From positions 496,001-560,000 of the forward strand of contig MU058065.1 of assembly GCA_013265495.1 (NCBI GenBank): a stretch of 64,000 nt of DNA. Direction: 5' to 3'. Shown here piece after piece: positions 25,511-36,780 of the stretch. Positions within the stretch are counted from its first letter, which is position 1, and every line of letters begins with the position of its first letter. The DNA is from Vicugna vicugna (taxonomy: Eukaryota). A model generated the notes under the pieces. It saw only the letters and a list, made by a program, of their open reading frames with translations. It was not told the origin of the DNA and did not search any database. The position numbers were made by a program, and so were the translations under genes.

Positions 25511-25674
25511 AACACGTGTTCATTCTAACGGTGATAACATTTATTCAGCACTTACCCTTGTAGGTGTGTTAAAAGGACTCCATATGGCTTAGCTCATGTC
25601 ATCCTCTCAAACCCTCCCAGGTCCTCAAAATGCTGAATATAACATAAGAAGTTTAGTGCAGGCTTTGCCAGCTG

Positions 25675-25676
<2 letters not shown>

Positions 25677-25736
<60 letters not shown>
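25677..25736. repeat. (CA)n(TA)n microsatellite
   Basis: Directly visible. Confidence 0.97.
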
Positions 25737-25737
<1 letters not shown>

Positions 25738-26044
25738 ATCCTTTCATAATTTAGTACTCAAAGATTAGTTCATAGGGTCAGAAAAATCTTCTACTAATGT
25801 GGTAGAGCATATTACATCTATTATTAGAAATATGATTGCATAACAATTTCTTTACAATTATGAAAAAGTGATCACATACATATCTCATTTGATCTTCAGA
25901 ATAGATCTATGAATCAGGAAAAATGATCACATATTAGAAATATTGTTATCACTTTATCACATATTAGAAGTGGAGAGTCAGATCTCTGAATTCTAGTCTA
26001 ATATTTCAAGTCTCATGTTGGTCCAAACCATAGAATCACATACT

Positions 26045-26400
26045 CTTCATTCAATAATTAGTTTATTATGCAGGATTTATTACGCATCTGTCACTCCACA
26101 GGCCTCATGGTAAGTGTAGTGAGGACACTAACGGGAGCTAAAACTATTACATAAACGAGAATTCAGTCTCCCGTTGTGCTTGAGCCATGATGTGTTTTAA
26201 AAATCTGTGTGTACTAGGGAGCCGTCCTTTCCTAAAGCTCAGGGAATATTAGGAGAGGCTTCCTGAAGCAAGTGATTATTATGTAGAAATCTGGAATTGA
26301 TATAGGGAAAGCAGATAGGGAAAGACAGAAAACGAAACAAGACAGGACAAGAAACAGTAGCTATAAAAGCCCAGAACTAGAGACAGAGAATGACGGGCAT
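26045..26400 (-). mobile_element. L2 3' end
   Basis: tcattcaataa...atttattacgcatct...ggagaggcttcctgaagcaagtg. Confidence 0.55.
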
Positions 26401-26404
26401 TTGG

Positions 26405-26578
26405 CCCTGCTACTCAAAGTGCAGAAAGTGCATGAACCAGCAGCCTCAGCGGCACCTGGGAGCTTATTAGAAATGCTGAATCTTGGGCTCCCATTAAGAC
26501 CGATTGAACCAGAACATGCATTTTAAGAAGATCCTCAGGCAATTCATGTGACATTGAAGATTGAGAATAAATGTTCTA
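26405..26578 (+). mobile_element. MER5A/MER5A1 (hAT-Charlie)
   Basis: ctgctactcaaagtg...accagcagcctcagcggcacctgggagcttattagaaatgc...ttgagaa. Confidence 0.88.
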
Positions 26579-26711
26579 GGACAGCAGTGGTCCAACGTAG
26601 TTGGTGTGTAGAGTGAGAGGCATGGAATAGGGAGGTAAAAGGCCATAGTATTAAATGAAGGTCTCATCTGGGGTCCAGAAAATGCAAAAATTCTATAATA
26701 AAATAAAAGGA

Positions 26712-27000
26712 GTATCTTAGTCAGCTCAGGCTGCCATAACAAAACAGCATAGATTGGATGGCTTAAGCAATAGTTATTTATTTTCTCACAGTTGAGGAGG
26801 CTGGGAAGGTCAAGATCAGGGTACCAGCCTGGTCAGGTTCTGGTGAGCGCCCGCCCCCTGGTTTTCAGATGGCTGACCATCTTCTTTCTGTGTCTTTATC
26901 AGGTGAAGAGAGGGCTCTTGCTTCTTCCTCTTCTTATAAGGACACTAACATCATCATGGGGACCCCACCCTCACGACTGCACCTAAATCTAATTCTCTTG
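26712..27000 (-). mobile_element. MaLR LTR (MLT1A/B-like), partial
   Basis: tcttagtcagctcaggctgccataacaaaa...tttattttctcacagtt...tcttataaggacactaa...ggaccccaccctcacgac. Confidence 0.9.
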
Positions 27001-28300
27001 AGTATTTACATTTCTTCTGCAAAAAAGTTTGTTAATGTCACTTTCCACTTGGGGTATTGGTCATTCATGATACCCCTCTCATTACACTCCCTTTTTTTCC
27101 CCTAAATGCTCGTGGCTATTTTCATATTTATTTTTCAGATAAAATTCAGAATCTTTACAATTGGCCCCTTCAAAGGACCAAGGCATTAGTAATTATTTCT
27201 ATCTTTTATTTAAGGAAAGAATTGCAGTTTTCTGAAACACATCTTGGGAAGAAATAAGACAACAGACAAGAAGAGATATTAATAACTATCATTTATTAAG
27301 AAGTTCCTACATTCTACAACACAGTGGGCTAAGCATTTTACATTCTAAAAAAGACAAAACTTTGTGTCGGCATTTGTTCTTAGCCCAATTTTTCAAGGAG
27401 GGAACAAATAATCAAATAATCAGAACTTTAATCAACTTATCTCAAAGCACATAATTAGCAAGTAGTAAATTAATCTTCTGAAGTATGGTCTCTGACTCCA
27501 TATTTATAAAAGTTCCAATATACAGAATATACTTCAATTAGGGCAATGGAAGAGTAAAATATCCACAAAAAATTCAGTGAAGAAAAACAGTGCTTTTTCT
27601 TGCATGCAGCAAGTGTTCAATATTTTTCCCTTTCTGGAGAGTTTCCTTAATCACGCCTACTGTTAATCTACTTTATCTTATTTTATATTTTAATTCTATT
27701 TTGTGTTCTGGATGATTTGGGGCTTATTTTCGTCTTGCTATATTTTACGAAGCTACCTTAAATTATCTTTGTAACGAGGAAGGTGTTCAAAATAATTATA
27801 TGCAATCTTAACAAATTGTGTGTCAATTTATAAAGCATAATTCAGAGACATTTACAGTTGTATTCTTTAGAATTTTTATATTCCCTGGGAACCCTGTTGA
27901 AGATGTATTGCAAATCAAATGAATCAAGAGGAATCCACTTTAGACAGTTCCTGAGAATTTCTGAGAAAAATCCCCAGGATGTTAAATTCCCTGTTGGGTA
28001 GAAACTCATGTTATTCAAAATCACATATTTGGATATAATCAGGTCAATATGTAAGTGATTTTGAATGTGATCCATTGGGTCCTTATTTCGCTTCAAAGAT
28101 TCAGCAAAGCTTGTTTTCTCCAGAGAGAGTCTAGTCAATATCTGTGTCTTGCACCAGCCAGATATGTGATATTTAGGGAGCTGAGTGCCATGGAAGAATG
28201 GATTCCTATCTCATCTGCACACTGCACAAAGATTAGCAGTCATAGTAAGAATGACACCAGCATGACAAATCCTTCCTCTTGATTGTAGGCTGGACTTGCT

Positions 28301-28487
28301 NNNNNNNNNNNNNNNNNNNNNNNNNNNNNNNNNNNNNNNNNNNNNNNNNNNNNNNNNNNNNNNNNNNNNNNNNNNNNNNNNNNNNNNNNNNNNNNNNNNN
28401 NNNNNNNNNNNNNNNNNNNNNNNNNNNNNNNNNNNNNNNNNNNNNNNNNNNNNNNNNNNNNNNNNNNNNNNNNNNNNNNNNNNNNNN
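28301..28487. other. Assembly gap (187 N)
   Basis: N run. Confidence 1.
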
Positions 28488-29204
28488 GCCACCAGGCAAA
28501 TCAGAAAGCAGCTGCTTCTTGAGATGGGGAGAAGAGGAAGGCGAACTGATACAGTCCTTATGGCTTCTGCAAGCTGACAGACCATTAGCTGACCTTGAAA
28601 TTGTTTTGGTGGTTGTTAGTGTGTTTGACATCCCTTTGGATCACCAAAGATTGACAACTAGATAGTAGAGGGATTGATACTCTGATACAAAACCCCATCC
28701 CTTTATAGCTTGTAGAAAGCAGGTGTGTTGTGGGTTGTTATAGAGGAGAAAATTCACCGCTTTAGCCTACTTCTCACAGTTCTGACTGCACAGATTGTCC
28801 AGCGCCACAAGGCTTAAACTTGACGTTTGCCTTACTTCCTTGTTGATCTGAAATCATGTGGAAAGGCTGCTGAACGTGCTGATTTTCATCAACTGGCTCT
28901 ATACAGCAGGGATGGCAATCTTTTTTTATATCTCACTTACAAGCACATGGAGGCTTGGGTGATTTAAACATAATCATTCTCCCACTATGATCTTTAAATA
29001 CAGATTACTTCATTTTTTGTTGTTTTTCTTCCCTTTCAAAATATTAAGTCCCTTTTTATAGTCTGTGTTTGTTTCATTTTAAGTGGTCCTTAAATCCAGA
29101 TCTTGGGAAAATCAGTAGACAAAATTTTGGGAGAGAAGGCTGGAGATAAGTGAATATTATTTAAACAATGATGTTTGCCTTTTCATCACACATAATTCCA
29201 GTTA

Positions 29205-29510
29205 CATTTTTTTTAATCAGCTCTAGTTTAGAATAGATTTGAATTTACAGAAGTATTGTGAAGGTAGTACAGAACGTTCCTGTTTCCCTCACACCCAGTT
29301 TCCCCAATATTAATACTCTACCTTAGTATGGAAGAGTTGTCACAATTACCCTCAGCTGATACATTATTATTAACTAAAGTACATAGTTTATTCCGATTTC
29401 CTTAGTTTTCACCTAATGTCCTCTTTCTGTCCCAGAATTCCATCTGAGATACGACGTTGTATTCTGTTATCATGTCCCTTTAAGCTCCTCTTGACTGTGA
29501 CAGTTTCACA
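29205..29510 (-). mobile_element. L1MC-type 3' terminal fragment
   Basis: gatttgaatttacagaagtattg...cacacccagtttcccc...ttaactaaagtacatagtttattccgatttccttag. Confidence 0.8.
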
Positions 29511-29649
29511 TCTTGCTTTCGCCCTCAGGAGAGTGGAAATGCTTGTCTGTCCTGGTAATGGGAAAGAAAGAGACCAGATACGTCTCATCTTGTGAAACAG
29601 ATTCTCGTTGCTATGGCTAGAAGGAAACCTTGGATCACATGAGCAAGTT

Positions 29650-29875
29650 AGAATTTACTTAGTACCTGGTTTTGAGATTAGAAAAATCTAGTTTGACTCT
29701 AGCTCTAAGACTTACTAGTCATGAAAACTTGCTGAATTCCTTATTGTTACCAAACCTCGATATACTTAGGTCTTTAAAAATGGTGACAATACTAATACCT
29801 ACCTCTTAAATTTCTTAAATATGTGAATCAGAAAACAGATGTGAAGGGTTTAGTATAAGAGCAGGTGTGTAGAGT
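29650..29875 (+). mobile_element. MIR SINE
   Basis: tttgactctagctctaagacttactagtcatg...aaaatggtgacaatactaatacctacctc. Confidence 0.75.
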
Positions 29876-31514
29876 ACAAAGAATTGCCTCAGTGGCTCTC
29901 ATGTTTGTCACCTGATCAGTTGTCAGGTAACACGATGAAGTTAGTGTTGAACACTAGAGATTTCCAACTATTACTGAATGCAATAGAAATAAATACTTCT
30001 CTCAACTAGAAAATACAGCAACACTAAGGATTTTCTTGTGGGGGGAGTGGGAAGGATTTGCACTGGAAGGCGTGGCGAGACAGCCATGTTTCTTAGTCTT
30101 ATCTTTTTACTTGAAAGTTGGTTGAGAAAGATTAGCAGTGGCAAGGGGGCTCCACAGGGACTGTGTATGTGTATTGGGGGCAGAATGTGATGTGTGATGC
30201 AGAATTCATAATCTAGAATGATTAGAAATTCAGGTACCAAATTTCACAAACTGGCTCCATTCCAAGTCTCCTGAATATGAGCCTGAATCCAAATAGCATC
30301 ATTAAAGAGAAAAGAACAGCAAAACTGTGAAATGTGCAGTTTAATGAACTTCCCAAATATAGGACCTCAAAAAACCAGCTCCAAGTGATAGATATATATG
30401 TGTGTTAAGTGAAATTCTATCTTCCAACACTCTGAGAGCCACTTGTCCAGAAGTCCTCCTACATCCAATATGCTTGAGATTTTTCTTAGCAAATGTGTAT
30501 CACTTCAGATGAAAATAGCTGAAATGGAAACAAGTGGGTAAAAAAGCAGATTTAGAGAAGTGAACAGATGGTATGTAAGTATAATGATGATCCAATTGCA
30601 CCATATTATAGATGAGCTATCACAGAATCTCAGGGGAGCTTCTGGCCAAACACTTGAACATAATGGAGAAAAGCCCTACTTGTGTCTTTCTTCCTTTTTT
30701 TTTTTCACAATTAAAGAAAATTGCAAACAAATGAAGCAACTTAACCAGAAAGTGTAACACAGCACACCTACTCACACAACACACATCCGTCTTAATGTCT
30801 TCCACTGGAAACGGAAAAAGGCCAAGTGGCAATTGGTCAGAATGAGATGTCTAAATACTATTTCCATCGAATTTACAGCAGACGGGGCTGATCACTGAGA
30901 GGACCTTTAGAACAGCCAGAGACCACAGAACTTTCCCTTTCCTGATCTCTCAGGAAAGCCATGCATTTCATCTCCCTCTGTTGCAGCATAGTTTTCTGGC
31001 ATCTTTTTGAATTTCCTCAAATTGTTGATGGAAATCGCGTCAAACCACTTTGTTATCGCTCTCAGACGTTCTCACTGAAACTGAAATAGATGTGTCATCT
31101 GCAATCATTTAACAGTTTTTAAAAGCACTTCTGTTAGAACTTCACAACATAATTTTGCATTCAGTTTAAGCCCTTTCAACTAGTTTGAACCACTAGCAGA
31201 GATAGTTGCAAGGATCCAAAGATATTTTATTAGTCTGAACATCAAATTAATTTCAAGTCTCTTCTGCAAATATTTCCAGAACATCTACCGTCAGCTGAGG
31301 ACGGTCTCAGGAAGGTCTCAGGAAGCACTGAAATGTTCACACATGGAAAAATCTGTTGAGCCTGAACAGTTCACATGAGAAGGTGTTAAAAGAAAACATT
31401 CACAGGTGAATTCTTAGTTGCAAGAATTGGCCCAATTCAAATGTCTATACTATTAAATGAGGAATTTTGTGGATAACAATAAAAAGAGTGTTCCTCAACC
31501 TCCACGCTACTTAA

Positions 31515-31710
31515 TGGTTCAGACAGCTTTTTGTTGTCAGTGGTGGAGGAAGCTGTCCTTTGTATTGAAGATTATTGATTTCTATTCTTGGCCTCTATCC
31601 ACTACATGCCCGCAGCACTCACACTGGATCATGACCACCAGATATGTCTCCAGACTTTTCTAAATGTCTCCACAGGGACAAAATCATTCCCAGTTGAGAT
31701 GCTATTGTAA
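31515..31710 (-). mobile_element. MER20 (hAT-Charlie)
   Basis: ctgtcctttgtattgaag...ttggcctctatccacta...atgtctccagac...cccagttgag. Confidence 0.8.
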
Positions 31711-32399
31711 AAGTGTATCTTTTATCTTCTAAGAATGTTCTATTCAATGGGAAAAGAAATCATTCACATAATAAACAAGTTAGTAACAGTGCTGAGAAGA
31801 TGATGATTCAATCTTAAGTGGGACAGAGAAAACATAATATCCACCTTGACAGAGGTCCTTGAATCAACTGATCTGGTTTCTTTCTTGGAGGACCTCTCAC
31901 AGCACCACCAGTTCACTCTCACAATTCTCATACTTAACCTTTCCTTCTCACAAAATTTTCACACTTGATTTCAGTATTACCTACTGACTAACAATTACTT
32001 ATCAGATGGCAGTATAATTGGAAAAAATCATGATACTATCGCTCTTGGTTGAATTTTCTGTTTGTTGTGTGATGTGTTGTCCCATTCTTGATTCTCTGTC
32101 TATGCTGTTTATTTTTCAGAAATCCTAAACCCAAGTAAAGTAAATTGGAGGTAGTATGCTACCTCTTCTTTTGTTGGAAATTATAAAGTCAAATGTCCGA
32201 TATTAAAGGAGATATCTTACAGAGTCCAGAGTTCACTTTAAGAAAATAGAGGGTAATCAAAGACATCACTGACCTTCCATAGCCATGATGATTATCAATT
32301 CACCCATTAACTATTTACTGAAGATTTATTGTGAAAGACATTGTGCTTCCCACCTTTCCTGCAATTAAAAGCAAAGTCTCTTGTCCCTGTTAAAGATGG

Positions 32400-32800
32400 A
32401 AAGTATAAGATGCTCAGTTCCTAGTCTCCTTTGAAAACGGAACATGATACATTCCTGAGTCTCTGAAAGGAAGGCTGCAAGAGCTGGTGGATGTAAGGTT
32501 TCTGGAAAAGATTTGAATCCATGGTGAAAAAGAAACTGCTAGGAGTAGCTCTCCTTCTCTTTGGCCATGGTTATGTGAGGAAGATGTAATGCCTGGAGCT
32601 GTGGCAGCCATCTTGGTGTAAAGAGGGAACAGTCATTGTATAAAAGCAACACTCTGTGAATGGAAGAAGTGAAAAATGAACAGCCCAAGGTCCTTGGTGA
32701 TGTAATTGAGTGGCGGAATTCTTTAATCCTGTATCTGCCTGCCGTCATACAGGGAAGATTACAAATGTTTTTGTTTTTTAAAAGCCTCAATTAGCTGTGA
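32400..32800. mobile_element. Old LTR fragment (MaLR/ERVL-like)
   Basis: gatgtaatgcctggagctgtggcagccatcttg and agcccaaggtccttggtgatg motifs. Confidence 0.55.
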
Positions 32801-33052
32801 ATTGAAGCTAAAGAATTTCCCAGATAATATTTTCTAATATATTTAAGATACTATGCTAAAAAGTGTGTGGAATTTAAAACCAACCAAACAAACAGACAAA
32901 AAGAATGACAAATTCTGCCCTCAAGAAATGTATTTTGACAATACTGGGAACATTCTGTGTCTAGAATTTATAATATATCTTTATAATATTAACATTTAGC
33001 TTAGAGTGAACACAGATAACATAGCATTTCGTCAGCTTGATCTTGCCATGTC

Positions 33053-33432
33053 TGTTACAGGTTGAATTGTGTCCCTGACCCCTAGTCCCTCAAAATGTGA
33101 CTTTATTTGGAGATATGATCTTTTCAGAACTAATCAAGGTGAACTGAAATCACTAGAGTGGGCCCTAGTCCAATGTGACTGGTGTCCTTATAAAAAGGGG
33201 GAAAGACAGGAGGGAAGACAATGTGAAGTGATATGGAGAAAAGATGGCTGTCTACAAGCCAAAGAGAGAGACCAGGGACAGATCCTTCTCAGAACAACTT
33301 TAGAAAGGAAGAAATCCTGCTGATTCCTTGATTTTGGACTTTGGGCTTCCAGAACTGTGAGACAATAAATTTCTGTTGTTTAAGCATCCTGTTTGTGATT
33401 CTTCGTTACAACAGTCCCAGCAAACTAATGCA
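33053..33432 (+). mobile_element. MaLR LTR (MLT1B/C-like)
   Basis: tgttacaggttgaattgtgtccc...ggccctagtccaatgtgactggtgtccttataa...ccagaactgtgagacaataaatttctgttgtttaagc...aaactaatgca. Confidence 0.92.
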
Positions 33433-33434
33433 AT

Positions 33435-34390
33435 GTCCAGCCCTGAACTCCTCAAATCCTCTCCAGATCTGCTCCTTCAATCTGCATCCCGGATAATCCT
33501 TCCAATTCCATTCTTCCAAAGCTCTAGCAGAAAACCTAGGCGTCATCCTTGGCTACTACTTCCCTCCTACTCCACATCCAACCATTGGGTACATTCCTTT
33601 GAATCTACTATATAAGTCACTAGAATCTCCCTGTTTCTTACAACATCCACAGCCACTGCCCTAGACAGCATCACAGTTATTTTTATTTGATTATAGCCAA
33701 ATCTGTACAGATGGTGTCTTTTGATGTCATTGAAGTTTTTTTTTCTTCTTCTTCTTTTTTTTTATTGCAGTAAGCAGATTGATTCTGTTAAAAGATAAGA
33801 TGGGTCATATCATGACTGTTCAAAATCTCCAATGGCTTCTATAGGACACACATAAAAGTCAGAGTTGCTGACAATACCCTACTTGATTTTGTCCCCATTA
33901 TTTCTCTTACTTTTCTCTTATTACTCTTTTAGTTGGCTAAGACCATAGTCACATGCTGGTTGTTCTTTGAGCTTCCAGGCATTTTCCTTTGAATTTACCA
34001 TTCTTCTGCTTGAAGAATTATTTCCTCTAGATATTTGCTTGACTACTTTCATCTCCTTTGGGTATTTCCTTTGAGAAGATCTAATTTTCTTAACAACATC
34101 TTCCCTGACTACTTAAATATGTAATTGCTCCCTTCTCCCAAACCCAGACATAATGTATTTCTTTTCTACATTATTGTATTTGTTCCAATACAATTGGTTG
34201 CTATTTATCATATTTTATATGTTTTTTCTTATTTGTTTTCATTGATGTCTGTTTCCCTTACTATAATGCAATCTTTTTGAAGGCACGGATCTTTTATCTA
34301 CTTTGTTTACTGGTCTATCTCTAGTGCCTACAACAGTGCCTAAGATACATAGACACTCAAAAAATATTTGTCCAATAAATGCAGGAGTGA
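33435..34390 (+). mobile_element. L2 LINE (long 3' fragment)
   Basis: Pyrimidine-rich L2 body ending ...ctagtgcctacaacagtgcctaagatacatagacactcaaaaaatatttgtccaataaatg. Confidence 0.8.
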
Positions 34391-35809
34391 AAAAGAACTC
34401 ACTTTAACTACCATGTCTTACAAAACTAAGAGTTTCAAGAGATTTGTAATCATTGAACATTTCTTCTAGCGTGTTACCATTAGCTTTGAAAATTAAAATT
34501 CCTTATAGTGTATATATATATATATAATGTTTTAATGCAAGGGAATACATTTTTAAGTGCTTACTATATGCAAATCTCTGTAACATAAGTTCACAGCACC
34601 AGATTTAAGAATATGTACATTTTAGGGGATTAATAAAATTTTGTTTAGGAAGTGAAACAGAAACCACATCAGATATCACATTCTATGACTATCTGAGTGA
34701 AGAAGGGAAGTGAATGTTAATGTTGTTGTTTTTTTCTCTTTATTCAGGGCTTGTTCCTAGGACCATGGGGCTGAGAGTTATCTGAATAGAGGGCTACATT
34801 AGTAAATAATTTCCAGTCTTTCTTGATGCAAACAGCAGACCTAAATTTTGTTGCTGTATAGTTTTATCTCACTGGGAGGAAGTAAAATAAAATTAATTTG
34901 CATATATTTAAAAATTTCTACAATAATAGAATTCATTTGCAATCCCTCTGAACATGAATAAAAATCTCTGTCTTCCATTTATTCTTAGCAAATATATCAT
35001 ATAGAAATATTTAGCATATCAATTGTCAGTATTTTGTATGAAAACAGTATATATACCTTTTTTTATTTGTCTTACGCTTGACATTTAAGCCCTGTGATTT
35101 TTAAGCCCTGTCAGTTACCTGGAATCAACCATCAAATGGGATTTCCTGAGGGAATTCTGATCATGGTCATGAACTCAGGTTAATTTACACCCAAACCATC
35201 AAACACAGGTGGATTTTTAGTCTTTTTTTTATTTTATTTTATTTTTTTAAGGCTTTCCAGGGTCAGAAAGTCAACAAGGGCCTAACATCACTCCTGAGTT
35301 TAAATCATGCCTTTAAACAAAGAAACAAAAATCTATACCTAGTTTAAGTCATTCTTGTTAAAGGTAAATTTGTTTTCTATTGTTTAGTCCTTAGTGGATA
35401 TGGGTGGGCAGTGTCACAGGAAGGAAAAAAAAAGGTGCTTCAGGGTTACACACAAGACACAAAAGCAAACTTTTAAACTTCAAACTTCTAGCAAATAATA
35501 GCCATAGAGAGTCTTGTCAGAGATTTTTGTAATAAAAATATTATAACTCTTTTTTAGCTAAATCCATAGGCATAAAGCAGAGATCTTTGATGATGTTTCT
35601 TCTCCTTTTTTTTCTCTTTAATATGTAATTTTAAGACCAATCTTTTCATGATATAATTAGTAGTGGAGAGGGTCTGTTTACCTTGATTCTTTCTATTAGC
35701 CTGTTGCCAGGCTAATCATCATAAAACACAGTTTCTCTAAAACTTTCAGTAGCTCCCCATTGCTTGTATAATATAATCCAAATTTCTAAGCTTGGCATTC
35801 CTGACTATC

Positions 35810-36085
35810 TTAGGTCAGATCTCCTAGAGGGAAATATGAGACAAGGGTTCTTGTGCAAATAAATGGGTAAGAAGATGTTTTTAGCAGAAGCCTGTAAGGA
35901 AGAGAAGGAAGCAGGAGAAAATTAAGGAAGAAGTTAAGCAAAGACGTGGTTTCAGCAGACAACTAGCCTTGGCCTGATCCCATGGGGGGCACTGGGGTAT
36001 AAAAGGCACCAATGAGTTTTTCCTGGAGGATGGGTGCACCAAACTACTAAAGGAAATCTGGATGGGGGTGGGAGCATTAATGAGA
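35810..36085. mobile_element. Old ERVL LTR fragment (LTR16/40-like)
   Basis: ggtcagatctcctagagggaaatatgagacaagggttcttgtgcaa... LTR-like end. Confidence 0.5.
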
Positions 36086-36289
36086 TCTAGTACACAGTCT
36101 CCTATGATCTGGCTTCAGTCTTGCATACCACTTCCCCCCTTGTTTATGTTTTCCTTTGTTGCTTCATAGAAACATTTACTTCCCTCTCCTCCTCTTTTAT
36201 GAAATGAGGTTATAAGGATCTACCACTGCCCTAACCTTCCCTTCCAGGAGCTGGATGATGATTTGCTGTAAGATTCTTTAGACGACTGG

Positions 36290-36780
36290 TAAACCAGTAC
36301 ACGTTAATTAAACTACATATGCACCTGGGTTAGATCCTCTTAGCTGTGTACCTGACAACCATTCCCATTTCCTTCTTCCTTGTGGACAAGACTCATGCAC
36401 CATTACAGAGGCTGGAAATGCCAGATACTCTTTTTCTCAGCCTCCCCTGTTTCCACAGCATTAGGATTAGGACCTAATCCTAAAGGGGGGGATTTCAGAG
36501 GTCTTCTGAGGACTTATGGAAGGAGAGACTCTCGCCTCTGCCTGATAGATTTTGGACAACATCATGTGAAGATATGCTTGGAAATGCTTCAGACACTTTA
36601 CAATTTCAAGACAACGCCTAAAGAATCTTGACAAAGTCTATCTGCAGCTCTGCTGTCCATTAAGTCCCTAAATTAACCCTGGGAACTACTGGGTATTTTT
36701 TTGTACATCAGTAAAATAACTCCCCATTATTAAAACCATATTTGTTGAATGTTTTACTACTTGCTGTTGAAAGCGCCCTA
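36290..36780. mobile_element. Old ERVL LTR (LTR33-like)
   Basis: gaggctggaaatgccagatactc...cagcctcccc; terminal ctacttgctgttgaaagc. Confidence 0.55.

Noticed and set aside
28211-28665. ORFs of 93-132 aa
   Set aside because: They are open only because translation runs through 187 N; the flanking peptides are unrecognisable and the frame across the gap is uncertain.
30880-31090. Coding-looking minus-strand stretch (ERLRAITKWFDAISINNLRKFKKMPENY..., overlapping RDFHQQFEEIQKDARK)
   Set aside because: Stops occur in all frames, the donor is weak and no parent gene is recognisable; a pseudo-exon cannot be supported without tBLASTx.
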